Part shown: piece by piece, positions 1-11,400 of the stretch
Numbering within the stretch: position 1 is the stretch's first letter
How the letters are laid out: the number at the start of each line of letters is the position of its first letter
NCBI GenBank assembly: GCA_029866025.1
Contig: JARXAD010000006.1
Coordinates: 18,907 to 82,906 of the forward strand
Length of the DNA: 64,000 nt
Origin: Vampirovibrionales bacterium
GTDB taxonomy: Bacteria; Cyanobacteriota; Vampirovibrionia; Vampirovibrionales; Vampirovibrionaceae
Reading direction: 5' to 3'
Translations under genes and position numbers: made by a program
Notes under the pieces: generated by a model
What the model saw: the letters and a program-made list of their open reading frames with translations, nothing else
What the model was told of the DNA's origin: nothing
Databases searched by the model: none

Positions 1-289
1 CAGCCTACACATTACCTCCTTCCCCCAAGTGGAAGAAGCCGTCCGTTTTTACTGGGGCAATCGCACCATGGAGCCCTCGCTGGACCGCTTATCGTGGGTC
101 ATTGAACCCCTTGGCTGGCAACCTGGCAGTAACAACACGATAGAACTAGAAGCTTGGGGTTATGCACCCCAAGCGCGCTACTACCTAGGGCATTGGCAGC
201 TCAATGTGGCCACCCAAGCCGTAACCCTTATCAATACCATTAAGGTAACTATTCCAGTGGCCCAAAATGGTGCCTTAGTCTTGCCTTAG
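1..289 (+). CDS. 3' part of a hypothetical protein (runs in from the left edge)
   Basis: Frame is open from position 2 to the TAG ending at 289; no recognisable motif. Confidence 0.6.
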   Translation, partial: SLHITSFPQVEEAVRFYWGNRTMEPSLDRLSWVIEPLGWQPGSNNTIELEAWGYAPQARYYLGHWQLNVATQAVTLINTIKVTIPVAQNGALVLP

Positions 290-528
290 GCATTGCCCTA
301 AAACCCTTGTTTACTAAAAGTAACCAGCTTACCCACAGCATGAGCGATGGTGGCGCCAACCATATGTTTCTGGGAGAGTAAATCCGAATCCCTGTTTGGG
401 TTTTGTTCTACCATCACAACGATTCAATCCTGATTTTAATTCTGATTGAGTCGCCATGCATCTTCCCCACGACCCTTGAAATCTTTATTTTTACCCTCTT
501 TTACTTTTTATGAAACGAGTTTTTCATC

Positions 529-2112
529 ATGACCCCTCCACCTCGCAAGCCTTCCTCTGCACGCCCTTCAACACCACGCGCGTCGGCAGGTCGTCCCGCA
601 ACCGGTCGCCCCTCTGCTGCCGGTGGCTATGTGAAGAAAGCAGGGCCCAACACAGGCGGTAAATCGTCGGGCGGTGGCGCCCCTTCCAGTGCTCGTGCAA
701 AAGCGGCCCTCAAAGGCAGCTTTGACCGTGCCCCCAAGCGCGGCCCAAAAAGAGATATGAGCCCTAAAAGTACCTACGAAACTCGCGCCCCGCGTGAAGG
801 CGGTGGAGAGTCTACTTCCACTGCTGCTGGCGTGGGTGAGAAAAAAATTGCCCCCCGAAAGCCTGCCTTTGAAGGCCGTTCCGCTCGTGGTGCTGCTCCT
901 TCCCGCTCACCTCGCGAAGGCTACGGTGATTCGACGGGCGACAAAAAACCCTACGCCCGCAAAGCGGCTCCTGCAGCTGGCGGCCCACGTAGCTTTGAAC
1001 GCAGCGACCGACCTGCCTTTGGCGCTAAAAAAACCTACGGAGCCCCTACCGGTCGTCCTCCCATGGGACGCCCGACTGGAAGACCCGCAGGTCGCCCAAC
1101 TACCCCTCGCACCGATGGCCCCGACGCCACGCCGCGGCGTAGTTATCAAGCCTTTGAAAGCAAACTGGAAAAACCAACGCCCCGCCGCGATTCGCGTGAA
1201 AACCGCGACTCTCGCGACAGCCGCCCTTCGGTGGCCCCTCGCACCGGTGCGCGTCCTTTAAGCAATGCCGCCCGCAGCAAAGACGACGCCCTGTGGCTAG
1301 AACCCGGCGATAAAGGCGCCAACTACCCCGTGGGTATTCCGTGGGTGGTAGGCCGTAATGCCGTCTTGGCCATTCTTAAGCAATCGCCCAAACGTATTAT
1401 CAAGCTGTTTATGGCGGAAGGCATGGGCACCGAACGCCGCCTGAAAGCCATTCAGGAAACCGCCCATGAGCATGGCCTCACCATCCAATACGTGGAGCGC
1501 CCTGAGCTAGACAAACGCTGTGAGCAACTGGACGATCCTGATGTGGCCCACCAAGGGGTGTTGGCAGAAGTATTGCCCAAAGACGCTCTCACTCTCTATG
1601 AGTTGATGGACAAGCTAAAAGCCGCCAAAGGCGTGGAAGGCTTAACCCCTGCCACCCAACCCCTCATTATTGCGCTGGATAAAATTACCGACCCACGCAA
1701 CGTGGGGGCTATTTTGCGTGTGGCCGATGGCGTGGGTGCCATGGCCGTGGTGATGCCCAAGCGCCACCAAGCCGGATGGGGCCCCGCCCTAAGCAAAAGC
1801 GCCAGTGGTGCCGATGCCACCGTGGACATTGTGATGGTGCCCAACTTGGTGATGGCTTTAAAAGAGCTAAAAGACGCCGGTGGCTGGGTTGTGGGTGCCG
1901 CCGGTGAAGACGATACCGAGCTGTACACGGATTATAAGTTCGATCGCCCCACGGTGCTGGTGATGGGCAGCGAGGGCGATGGCCTAAGCCGCCTAACCCG
2001 TGCCACCTGCGATTATCTGGTGCGTATCCCTATGATGGGTGCTATGACGTCCCTTAACGTCTCCACGGCTACGGCGGTGTTGGCCTACGGCTGGCGGTCA
2101 TCCAAGGTCTAA
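529..2112 (+). CDS. rlmB: 23S rRNA (G2251-2'-O)-methyltransferase RlmB (TrmH/SpoU family) with a long disordered N-terminal extension
   Basis: SpoU motifs LDKITDPRNVGAILR, VMGSEGDGL and IPMMGAMTSLNVS; GRNAV substrate-binding domain; first ~255 aa are P/R/G/A/S/K-rich. Confidence 0.9.
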   Translation: MTPPPRKPSSARPSTPRASAGRPATGRPSAAGGYVKKAGPNTGGKSSGGGAPSSARAKAALKGSFDRAPKRGPKRDMSPKSTYETRAPREGGGESTSTAAGVGEKKIAPRKPAFEGRSARGAAPSRSPREGYGDSTGDKKPYARKAAPAAGGPRSFERSDRPAFGAKKTYGAPTGRPPMGRPTGRPAGRPTTPRTDGPDATPRRSYQAFESKLEKPTPRRDSRENRDSRDSRPSVAPRTGARPLSNAARSKDDALWLEPGDKGANYPVGIPWVVGRNAVLAILKQSPKRIIKLFMAEGMGTERRLKAIQETAHEHGLTIQYVERPELDKRCEQLDDPDVAHQGVLAEVLPKDALTLYELMDKLKAAKGVEGLTPATQPLIIALDKITDPRNVGAILRVADGVGAMAVVMPKRHQAGWGPALSKSASGADATVDIVMVPNLVMALKELKDAGGWVVGAAGEDDTELYTDYKFDRPTVLVMGSEGDGLSRLTRATCDYLVRIPMMGAMTSLNVSTATAVLAYGWRSSKV

Positions 2113-2128
2113 TTTTTTCACACCTTAT

Positions 2129-2172
2129 AAAAAGCCCTCGCTTCTGTTTAACAACAGTTGCGGGGGTTTTTT
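2129..2172 (+). terminator. Intrinsic terminator after rlmB
   Basis: Stem AAGCCCTCGC...GCGGGGGTTT followed by a T-tract. Confidence 0.75.
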
Positions 2173-2240
2173 GTATGGGTAGCATCTTTTTTATTACACT
2201 GGGTTTTATGCCTGTGTTCATTCACTAACAGGGTAAAACG

Positions 2241-2537
2241 ATGGTGCCAAAAATCTTATACTCTCCACTGCCCAGAATTCATTTCGGCATTGACGAATTT
2301 GATGGCGATGATCCGTATCGAAGAGAGGCAGACAGGATGAATCCCGATACTTCCCGATTTAGAGACAAAGGCTACCGAACCACCGGCGCAGGCCGCGATC
2401 GACAACTTTCTGGACGAGGTTCAGCGAATGGACAATTTGAGGACTTTACTGAAGAAGAACTGAAGTTACTTGGAATACAACCAAAAAATTTGGATGATCA
2501 CGGTCCTCAGTTTTCTGGGTTGAACAGGCTAGCTTAA
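2241..2537 (+). CDS. Small orphan protein (98 aa)
   Basis: ATG ORF filling the rlmB-carB gap; its stop overlaps the carB stop; N-terminus ends in ...SPLPRIHFG. Confidence 0.55.
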   Translation: MVPKILYSPLPRIHFGIDEFDGDDPYRREADRMNPDTSRFRDKGYRTTGAGRDRQLSGRGSANGQFEDFTEEELKLLGIQPKNLDDHGPQFSGLNRLA

Positions 2538-5500
2538 GCGCTTTGCAGCGATCGGGCTTGCAAGCCATGGCCACTTTCTTGCGTCGATTGCAACGACGCA
2601 ATGGCTTCCACCAAGGCCTTGGCCCCTTGCAAGGTGGTCATCATGGGCACATGGCGCAACACCGCCGCCTTGCGGATGTAGCTGTCATCCACGTGGGCCG
2701 CTTCGCCCATGGGGGTGTTAATCACAAGTTGAATGGTGCCCGCCAGAATTTCTTCTTCAATGGTGTGGCCGCCTTCGTGCTTTTTCTGGGTTAGGGTAAC
2801 GCTTAAGCCATGCTGCTGCAAATACGCTGCCGTACCGGCGGTGGCTACCAATTCAAAACCAAGACTGGTTAAGGCTTGGGCCAGCGGCAAGGTGTCCGCT
2901 TTATCGGTGTCGTTTACGCTTACAAACACCCTGCCTTGGGTTGGAATGGTCATTCCAGCGCCCATCATGGCTTTGGCATAGGCCAGCGGGAAAGTGGTGT
3001 CCAGCCCCATCACCTCACCCGTACTCCGCATTTCTGGCCCCAATACCGGGTCCACGCCTCTAAATTTAATAAAGGGAAACACCGGTGCCTTTACCGCCAC
3101 CCACTGGGGCGGCGTGTTGGTGGGCAAAATAGTAGCCAACGGCGTGCCCAGCATCACCTGCACCGCCATATGAATGAGCGGGTAACCCGTGGCTTTGCAC
3201 ACAAAAGGAACCGTTCGGCTGGCGCGTGGATTCACTTCCAGAACGTACAAGGTGCCTTGGTGAATGGCAAACTGGATGTTAATAAAACCTTTCACCTGCA
3301 AGGCCTTGGCCAGCTCATGGGTGGCGGCTTCAATTTGTTGAACCATAGCGGCATCAATGGTTTGGGCGGGGTACACACACACGCTATCGCCACTGTGAAT
3401 GCCGGCGTGCTCCACGTGCTCTAAAATCGCGCCCACAAAGGTGGTGGTGCCATCACTGACGGCATCCACGTCCAGCTCCAAGGCGCCTTCCAAAAATCGG
3501 TCAATCAGCACGGGCTTATCGGGCTCTACTTCTGCAGCGGTGGCTAAGTACTGGCTCAGGCTGGCATCACTGTACACCACACGCATGCCACGCCCACCCA
3601 ACACATAACTGGGGCGCACCATCAACGGATACCCAATACGAGCGGCAATCTCCAGGGCTTCGGCTTCGCTGATGGCTATGCCACTTTCGGGGCAACGTAG
3701 ACCAAGGGCAGCCAGCTCGGGTCGGGCCATAATATCGGCAAACTGCTCACGATCTTCTGCCCAATCCATGCTTTCCGGCGAGGTGCCAATAAAGGGAACG
3801 TCGTCATAGCGAAGGGCTTGAGCCAGCTTGAGAGGCGTTTGGCCGCCCAGTTGAGCAATGACACCCAAGGGTTGCTCTTGGGCCACCAAATTGGCGGTGT
3901 CTTCGGGGGTCATGGGGTCAAAATACAGACGATGACTTATATCGTAGTCCGTAGAGACTGTCTCGGGATTGGAGTTCATCATAATAGGCTCGTAGCCTAA
4001 TTTTTCCAGCGAAAGCGCCGCGTGGACGCAGCAGTAGTCAAATTCAATGCCCTGACCAATGCGGTTGGGTCCACCCCCCAAAATAATCACCCGCTTGTTG
4101 GGTTGAGACACATCCGCTGTGGGAGCTTCGTTTTCAGTGCCGTCATACGAGCTATAAAAGTACGGGGTGTGGGCTTCAAATTCGGCAGCACAGGTATCCA
4201 CCGCTTTGTAAACGGGGTTAATGCCTCGTTTTAAGCGTTCACCACGAACGGTCGATTCATTAATTCCAACAATAGCAGCCATCTGAGCGTCGCCAAAGCC
4301 TTGGGTTTTGGCGGTTTTAAAGAGTTCGTTAGAAATATCAGCAAGGGTTTTACAGGTAGCAAGCTGTTTTTCCGTGGCGATAATACCGGCGTACTGGTGT
4401 AAAAACCATGGATCCAACCCAGAAATGGTGGAAATTTCCGTTAAATCAAAGCCTTGATGGAGGGCTTGATACACCCAGTGCAGACGGTTTTCTGTGGGAG
4501 AAACAAGGTAATCTCGCAGTTCGGTATCACTAACCGATTGCTTTTTAAAATAGAAGCCGCTAAGGCCAACTTCCAAGCCCCGCAAGGCTTTTTGAAAGGA
4601 TTCTTGAAAGCTCAGGCCAATGGCCATCACTTCCCCCACGCTTTTCATTTGAGGCGACAAGGTGGCATCCGCACCGGGAAATTTTTCAAAAGCAAAACGC
4701 GGAATTTTGGTCACCACGTAATCCAGCGCCGGTTCAAAACAGGCGGGGGTGGTGCGGGTAATGTCGTTGGTTAACTCATCCAGCGTGTAGCCCACCGCCA
4801 GTTTAGCGGCTATTTTGGCAATGGGCACCCCCGTGGCCTTGCTTACCAACGCACTGCTGCGCGACACGCGCGGGTTCATCTCAATAACAATTACCCTGCC
4901 CGTTTGGGGATGAATGGCAAATTGAATGTTGCAGCCACCCGCTTCTACGCCTACGGCGCGAATAACAGCAATGCTGGCGTCGCGCAAATGGTGGTATTCT
5001 CGGTCGCTTAGGGTCATGGCGGGGGCCACCGTCATGCTATCGCCCGTGTGAATGCCCATGGGGTCTATATTTTCCACGCTGCTCACAATCACCACATTAT
5101 CCGCAGCGTCGCGCATCACTTCGTATTCGTATTCTTTCCAGCCCAGCGCGCTTTCTTCCAATAGCACCTGATTAATGGGCGATTGCTCGAGCCCGTGTTT
5201 CAGGCTGTCTTCAAAGTCGCTTTGATTGTAGACAATACCGCCGCCACTGCCGCCCATGGTAAAGGCAGGCCGTAAAATAATGGGAAACCCCAACCGCCCA
5301 GCAATGGCCCAACCTTCTTCCACAGTGGTAGCGGTTTCGGAATGCAAGGATTCGAGGCCGCATTGTTCCACCACCACCTTAAAGGCGTCGCGGTCTTCGG
5401 CGGTGTGGATGGCGTTAAAGTTGGCGCCAATGAGTTGCACGTTAAATTCGGCCAGCACACCGTTTTGGTGCAAGGTGTGGGCGATGTTGAGGGCGGTTTG

Positions 5501-5776
5501 GCCGCCCATGGTGGGCAATAAGGCATCAGGTCGGTCTTGGGCGATGATGCGGGTCACCATCTCTGGCGTGATGGGCTCGATGTAGGTTTTGGTAGCGAGG
5601 TTGGGATCCGTCATGATGGTGGCAGGGTTGGAATTGATGAGGATGACCTCATACCCTTCCGCCAACAAGGCTCGGCACGCCTGAGAGCCACTGTAGTCAA
5701 ACTCGCACGCTTGGCCAATGACAATGGGCCCAGCACCAATGACGAGAATACGGCGAATATCGGTGCGTTTGGGCAT
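2534..5776 (-). CDS. carB: Carbamoyl-phosphate synthase large subunit
   Basis: MPKRTDI start, [33 protein letters not shown] and a C-terminal MGS domain; 1080 aa. Confidence 0.98.
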   Translation of the reverse strand: MPKRTDIRRILVIGAGPIVIGQACEFDYSGSQACRALLAEGYEVILINSNPATIMTDPNLATKTYIEPITPEMVTRIIAQDRPDALLPTMGGQTALNIAHTLHQNGVLAEFNVQLIGANFNAIHTAEDRDAFKVVVEQCGLESLHSETATTVEEGWAIAGRLGFPIILRPAFTMGGSGGGIVYNQSDFEDSLKHGLEQSPINQVLLEESALGWKEYEYEVMRDAADNVVIVSSVENIDPMGIHTGDSMTVAPAMTLSDREYHHLRDASIAVIRAVGVEAGGCNIQFAIHPQTGRVIVIEMNPRVSRSSALVSKATGVPIAKIAAKLAVGYTLDELTNDITRTTPACFEPALDYVVTKIPRFAFEKFPGADATLSPQMKSVGEVMAIGLSFQESFQKALRGLEVGLSGFYFKKQSVSDTELRDYLVSPTENRLHWVYQALHQGFDLTEISTISGLDPWFLHQYAGIIATEKQLATCKTLADISNELFKTAKTQGFGDAQMAAIVGINESTVRGERLKRGINPVYKAVDTCAAEFEAHTPYFYSSYDGTENEAPTADVSQPNKRVIILGGGPNRIGQGIEFDYCCVHAALSLEKLGYEPIMMNSNPETVSTDYDISHRLYFDPMTPEDTANLVAQEQPLGVIAQLGGQTPLKLAQALRYDDVPFIGTSPESMDWAEDREQFADIMARPELAALGLRCPESGIAISEAEALEIAARIGYPLMVRPSYVLGGRGMRVVYSDASLSQYLATAAEVEPDKPVLIDRFLEGALELDVDAVSDGTTTFVGAILEHVEHAGIHSGDSVCVYPAQTIDAAMVQQIEAATHELAKALQVKGFINIQFAIHQGTLYVLEVNPRASRTVPFVCKATGYPLIHMAVQVMLGTPLATILPTNTPPQWVAVKAPVFPFIKFRGVDPVLGPEMRSTGEVMGLDTTFPLAYAKAMMGAGMTIPTQGRVFVSVNDTDKADTLPLAQALTSLGFELVATAGTAAYLQQHGLSVTLTQKKHEGGHTIEEEILAGTIQLVINTPMGEAAHVDDSYIRKAAVLRHVPMMTTLQGAKALVEAIASLQSTQESGHGLQARSLQSA

Positions 5777-5874
5777 GGCAAGGCTTCCTAGCAGCAGTTA
5801 AACAGCTTTAGTCTGCGGTAAACAAAGCGTTTCGTCTATCTGTTTACGGTGTTAAATTACAGTACGGAAAAACG

Positions 5875-6052
5875 ACAGCACCAAACCGTTAAGCCTACCT
5901 TTGTGGGTGTGGCTAAAGCAACAGGAACCGAGCCGGCGACCAAGGTGTTCACTTGAAAATGAAAGGGCGTGGTTGCTTTTGTGTAGGCAATTACCTCACC
6001 TGTTTGGATTTAAATAAGTAAGACACCTCTTTAAGCTGTGGAGATTGGCATG
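5875..6052 (-). ncRNA. ssrS: 6S RNA (ssrS/ssaA)
   Basis: The minus strand folds by eye into a ~180-nt rod: closing helices GCCAA/TTGGT, AGCTTA/TAGGCT and GGTGT/ACACC, an A/U-rich central bubble, and an apical stem AACAGG/CCTGTT. The segments ACCTTGGTCGCCGGCTCG...GTTGCTTT and AGGCTTAACGGTTTGGTG resemble cyanobacterial 6S RNA as I recall it. Ends are approximate. Confidence 0.75.
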
Positions 6053-6062
6053 AACATAACAA

Positions 6063-6122
6063 CTACCTACCTACCTACCTACCTACCTACCTACCTACCT
6101 ACCTACCTACCTACCTACCTAC
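6063..6122. repeat. Perfect tetranucleotide microsatellite (CTAC)15
   Basis: 60 bp of uninterrupted CTAC units read directly from the sequence. Confidence 0.97.
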
Positions 6123-6162
6123 CACAGAGCCTAAGCCTTTAACACGCTTTGGGGCGGGTCAT

Positions 6163-7029
6163 TTGAACAAAAAGTTTCCAAGCTTTTCTCTAGCAGAGCT
6201 AAAAGCAGGGGTGGCTAAGGGAACGTTTACAACCACGACCCTAAAAAACACCCCAAGCCAAACCATCGACATTTACGCTCCCACGCCTGCTTATTTTAAT
6301 CAATCCCACGTGGCAGATAAACCCCTCAACCAATTTGACGTGTGGTACGTGGAAAGCCACAACAGCGGCACGCCTGTTACCAAAGAAGCCCATAACTACG
6401 ACGAGTTATACCGCTACGATGGCCAAATTTACGAATTTTTGGTGCACAACGTTTTAAACTATAACGGCCACAAGGTGCTGGCCCAAACAGCCATGGATTT
6501 AGCTGAGAAACAGGGTTTAAACAAAGCCGATACCGTGATTGTGGACATGGGCGCCGGCCATGGTCCGATGCTGCAAGTGTTGAGAGAAAAAGGTTTTAAA
6601 GGTAACTTGATTGGTTTAGAAATTAGCGAGGCTGCAAAAAAAGCCCACGACACGTCTCATTCTTACCCCTATTTAAAATACCGTTATGATGACTACTGGC
6701 TAGGCCGGCTATCCAGCCAACCCCATTTGCTTCAACAATTAAAACAAAAATCCCCCGCTATTTTTGTGGCTGCCAGTATCTCTCCCCTTAACGAAGCCAT
6801 GGACGATATTCATGAAGCCTTAAAAATAATGAAACCAAAGTGCTACTTCATTATAAATATGGCATTCAACGAAAGCTCCGACAAAATGTACGCCTATATT
6901 AGCAATCTCGAACAGCAAGGGTATTTATCGATAGAGAAAAAACAGAATTACCAGCATCGCAGCCACCTGAATGGTGCCCCCTTATTTTTTGATTGTTTTA
7001 CCTACAAAATTCTCAAACCCATTACATAA
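6163..7029 (+). CDS. Class I SAM-dependent methyltransferase
   Basis: Motif I VDMGAGHG and post-I LIGLEISE; AT-rich codon usage; TTG start uncertain. Confidence 0.8.
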   Translation: MNKKFPSFSLAELKAGVAKGTFTTTTLKNTPSQTIDIYAPTPAYFNQSHVADKPLNQFDVWYVESHNSGTPVTKEAHNYDELYRYDGQIYEFLVHNVLNYNGHKVLAQTAMDLAEKQGLNKADTVIVDMGAGHGPMLQVLREKGFKGNLIGLEISEAAKKAHDTSHSYPYLKYRYDDYWLGRLSSQPHLLQQLKQKSPAIFVAASISPLNEAMDDIHEALKIMKPKCYFIINMAFNESSDKMYAYISNLEQQGYLSIEKKQNYQHRSHLNGAPLFFDCFTYKILKPIT

Positions 7030-7036
7030 AACCTTT

Positions 7037-7151
7037 AGGGGGTTAAGCCCCAGCGGTAGCGAGCCCCCTGAGTTCCATAAGTCCAAGGGATCGTCCCTAG
7101 CGCAAATACTTGCCCCCGTACCGGTTTGGAAAACGAGACCAGACCAAGTAT
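7037..7151. other. GC-rich multi-hairpin element between convergent genes (unclassified structured RNA or mobile-element remnant)
   Basis: Stems AGGGGGTT/AGCCCCCT and AGGGA/TCCCT, plus ATACTTG/CAAGTAT enclosing GGTTTGG/CCAGACC. Confidence 0.4.
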
Positions 7152-7269
7152 GAGTAATAGTTTTAGTACCGTTACAAAACGCATCAACGTAGCCCCCTTT
7201 TTTCTAAAGCTATTTTTTACTTTAAATAATAAACAGGTGCCATCCTATCCAAAAAACAACCCAAGCTTC

Positions 7270-8196
7270 TTATTTTACCCACGCTTGCGCAGCAGGAAGA
7301 GCAGGCGGCTTAATAACCACCTGAGTGGCGACCTTCAACCAGCGCAAGCAGCAAATAATGGCGTACGTTACGTCCAGCTCAAACCACTGCAGCCCCATGC
7401 GCGCCAACCGCGGGTAGGCATGATGGTTGTTGTGCCAGCCTTCGCCCCAGGTGAGCAGCGCCACAAACCAATTGTTCCGGCTTGAATCCGGCGTGTTGTA
7501 CGAACGATACCCCCACAGATGCGCGGCAGAATTAACCAACCACGTGGCGTTAAGGCCATAGATAATGCGCAATAGCCCACCCCACACCAGAATAGACAGA
7601 CCCATTTTAAGACCGCCAAACCCGCAGCCCACCCCAAACAGCAGCGCTAAAAATAAGACGTTAATGGCGGTGTAATGAGTCTCTAAAAACTGAAGCGCCG
7701 GATCGTCATAGAGATCGGGAGCCAGGCGGCGAACTTGCTCGGGGGATTCATCCAATTGGGGGTGGGTAAAAAACGCCCACAAAAAATGAGACCACAACAC
7801 ACTGTAGCGCGGTGAGTGGGGGTCTCCGTCCTTATCCACGTGGCTGTGATGGAGACGATGGCAAGCAGACCACCAGATGGGACCGCGTTGAAAGGCTAAA
7901 CACCCCAATAAGGCTAAAAACAGCTTAAGAGGCCGCGCCAACACATAGCTTCGATGGGCTAAGAGTCGGTGGTAGCAGAGGGTTATACCCAAACAAATGG
8001 TGGCAAAAGAAAGCACTCCAAAGGTGATAAGCCCCGCTAAGCTATACGTAAAAGGCGCGGCCACAATGGCCATGTACAAGGCTATGTATACCGAGATGAG
8101 AGGGACATTTAAGCGTTCTGCAGTGGCATAGCTGGGGATGTGGTGGTTGGCCGCCAATGCCAGCAGTGGTGTATTCACCCAGTGGGGAGCGCTCAT
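7270..8196 (-). CDS. desC: Delta-9 acyl-CoA/acyl-lipid fatty acid desaturase (DesC/Ole1 type)
   Basis: His boxes HRLLAH, HRLHH and HNNHH; GDPHSP and GEGWHNNHH motifs. Confidence 0.92.
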   Translation of the reverse strand: MSAPHWVNTPLLALAANHHIPSYATAERLNVPLISVYIALYMAIVAAPFTYSLAGLITFGVLSFATICLGITLCYHRLLAHRSYVLARPLKLFLALLGCLAFQRGPIWWSACHRLHHSHVDKDGDPHSPRYSVLWSHFLWAFFTHPQLDESPEQVRRLAPDLYDDPALQFLETHYTAINVLFLALLFGVGCGFGGLKMGLSILVWGGLLRIIYGLNATWLVNSAAHLWGYRSYNTPDSSRNNWFVALLTWGEGWHNNHHAYPRLARMGLQWFELDVTYAIICCLRWLKVATQVVIKPPALPAAQAWVK

Positions 8197-8481
8197 GGGG
8201 TCTCGTTACAGCAAAACGGTGGGCAGAAAATGGTACTATTTAAAAATAGTGTCTATTTCACAATAACAGAAACGGTCTAACTTATGCGTATTGATGGCTT
8301 CTTACTGAAAGCAAATCTGCTCTTCTTCTAACACCAATGAAATTCGTTCCTGAATACTCGTTTTGTGAAACTCTACTTCAGATTTTTTGATTTTCCAGAA
8401 CGTCACTGGGTTGCCCCTCACAGTAAAAAATGTTTTCCCACGCAAATACGATTACCAAAGTATCGTGACGCAATTTTAAAG

Positions 8482-11400
8482 CTAAAGAGTCACAACCAAC
8501 TGGTGCGATTGCCCATCGTTTTGCAAGGTAATTTGGGCGCCGCATTCGTTTACCAAAGCATCGATGCCATTGAAAGTAGCCGACGATACACCACCACACA
8601 CCCCCAACGGGTTGAGAACCGTGATGTTGTAGCAGGTCTCACCACGCGTAAACACCATAGAATACTCGGGCCAATGAGAAGGAATACAGGGATTAATAAA
8701 TAGTTGATCACCTACCACACGCAAGCCTAAAATGGATTCGGTGCCGGCTCTGTACAGCCACCCCGCAGCGCCTGTGTACCACGTCCAACCGCCACGCCCC
8801 ACATGAGGCGCTACCGAATACACATCCGCCGCCATGACATAGGGCTCTACTTTATACCGGTGCACTTGAGACCGCGTACTACTGTGACTGATAGGGTTGA
8901 GCAATGAAAATAATGCCATGGCTTTTTCACCCTGGCCCAGCTTGGCAAAGGCCATCACACTCCAGGTAGCCGCATGGCTGTATTGGCCACCGTTCTCACG
9001 AATACCGGGTGGGTATCCCTTAATGTAACCAGGTTCTTTGTGAGTTGTATCAAAGGCGGGTGTAAACAGTAATGCCAGTTGGTCTTTGCTATTAATCAGC
9101 TGCTTGTCCACTTGCGCCATCGCCCGCTGGCTGCGCTCGCTATCCCCGGCACCAGACAGTACACTCCACGATTGTGCAATGGAATCGATTCGACACTCAT
9201 CACTACTGTGACTGCCCAAGGGGGTGCCGTCATCGTAATAACCACGCCGGTACCACTCGCCATCCCAGGCATTCGCTTCCAACGAGGCCGCTAACTGAAG
9301 GCCATGGGCTTTCCAAATAGCAGCACGCTTTTTCTCCTGACGCTCCAAGGCAATGGGAATAAACGCTTTGAGTGTTGCAACTAAAAACCAACCCAACCAA
9401 ACGCTCTCGCCTTCGCCACCTTCGCCCACGCGATTCATGCCATCGTTCCAATCGCCTGTGCCCATCAAGGGCAATCCATGGCACCCCACGCGCAAACTCA
9501 GGTCTAACCCACGCGCGCAGTGCTCAAACAGGGTAGCCGATTGCTCTGATTGAGTGGGATGATAAAAAGCATCATGCTCGCCTGGCTCTAAGCCACGCCC
9601 CTCTAAAAAAGAAATGGGTTCATCCAAAATAGCGGCATCGCCCGTAGCGGCAACATAATGAGCAGCGGCATACGCCAGCCAAATGCGATCATCGGAAATG
9701 TGGGTACGAACCCCCTGACCCTGGTTGGGCAACCACCAATGTTGCACATCGCCTTCCACAAACTGACGACCGGCGGCACGAAGCAAATGTTCTCGAGTCA
9801 GTTCGGGGCGAGACAAGGTAAGGGCCATACCATCTTGAAGTTGATCACGAAAGCCATAAGCCCCACTGGCCTGATAAAATGCCGAACGCGCCCACACACG
9901 GCACGCCAAACTTTGGTACAACAACCAGCCATTCAGCATGATGTTCATGGCCGCATCCGGTGTGGTTACTTGCACAGCCCCCAAGGTGGAGCGCCAATGG
10001 ACTTTTACGTCGTCCAAAAGGGTCGCTGTATTTTCCTTACGATACCGTTGAATAAGGGCTTGAGCCTCGGAAACCGAAGGAGTTTGTCCCAAGGTCATCA
10101 CAATCTCAATGCTTTCGTTGGGTTGCAACTCCATAAAGGTTTGCAACACACCACAGGGATCCAAGCCCGCCCCTACGCGTTTGGAAAGAATGACTTTGTC
10201 ACCCAAGCCCGCAGGTATTGTGACGCTGCCATTACGGCCAATAAATTCACGACGATCGCCCGTCCACGCATGCTGTTTTCCACCCAAGTCCATAAAGGTA
10301 CAGCGGTTGCCAAACTCTCTGCTCCAAGGGTTGTGTGCCAACAGCGCACCCGTTTCATTATCTAAAGTAGTTACGATATACGGTGCTGATTGGCTGCGCG
10401 ACTGCCCCAACACCCACTCGGCGTAAGCCGTTACGGATAAACGTCGTGTACGCCCCGACGTGTTTTTTAAGGTTAACCGAGAAATTTTAATAGGGTCATG
10501 AAGAGAAACCGTTTGCAGAAGCTGAGAATCAATGCCGTGGGCCGCCGTCTCAAACTGGCTGTAACCAAACCCATGACGAGCAACATACTGCCCTGTGGCG
10601 ATTCGAATGGGAGAAGCCGTAGGGCTCCAAATTTTACCGGAGTCTTCATCTTTAATGTAAAAGGCTTCACCAGTGCGGTCACTAACGGGATCATTGGACC
10701 ATGGTGTCAGCTGATTTTCTCGGCTATTACAAGCCCAAGTGTACCCACTGCCTTCCACAGCCACCTGAAAACCAAAGTTCGGGTTGGCGATGACATTAAT
10801 CCATGGCGCCGGCGTTTGCTGCCCTGGCCCTAGCACCGTAATGTACTCTGTGCCGTCGATAGAAAAACCACCCAATCCGTTAAAAAAATGTAAGTTCTTA
10901 ACCCACTCAGGAGGAGGTAAGGGGGCGACAAGGGAATCGTTTAACAAATCACCCAGGGATAAAGAAGCTTTTCGTGGCAAGAATGGCAACACTTCTTGGG
11001 AGCGTTTTAGCTGTTTGGAAAGGCTACCCCGGCGTCCGTTCAATACAATTCGGGCCACAGCGGGGAGCACGGCAGCAACGTCTGGAGCAATTAAATCAGA
11101 GCGCAAAAGAAATACCGCACGAGGAGCACCATCCTCGTTTCGATTCGGGTGGTTATGACAGCTACGCACTAAGGTTTCCAAGGCAATTTGTAAATCTTGC
11201 ACATAGGAGGCCGATCGTTCATTCAGAACCACCACATCAAAAGCCAACTGTTTAATGGCCAAATACTCATGAGCTCGAAGGACCTGCCGGACTAATCCAA
11301 TGTCCTCAATGGAATCAATACGCACCAACACAATGGATGCATCTCCCGAGATACCTTGGCTCCACAACGCCGATTGGTTGGCTTGGCTCCGTTGCAATAC

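Noticed and set aside
347..357. ATGGTGGCGCC matches the last 11 bp of the tRNA-Phe att core
   Set aside because: Too short to separate from chance, and an element ending here would include core genes (rlmB, carB, 6S RNA).
5790..6000. PyrR-binding attenuator upstream of carB
   Set aside because: No AGTCCAGAGAGG-like PyrR loop; the pairing pattern fits 6S RNA better.
6063..6122. Repeat tract as a CRISPR array
   Set aside because: Pure 4-bp tandem repeat with no spacers; no cas genes and no CRISPR array seen in the window.
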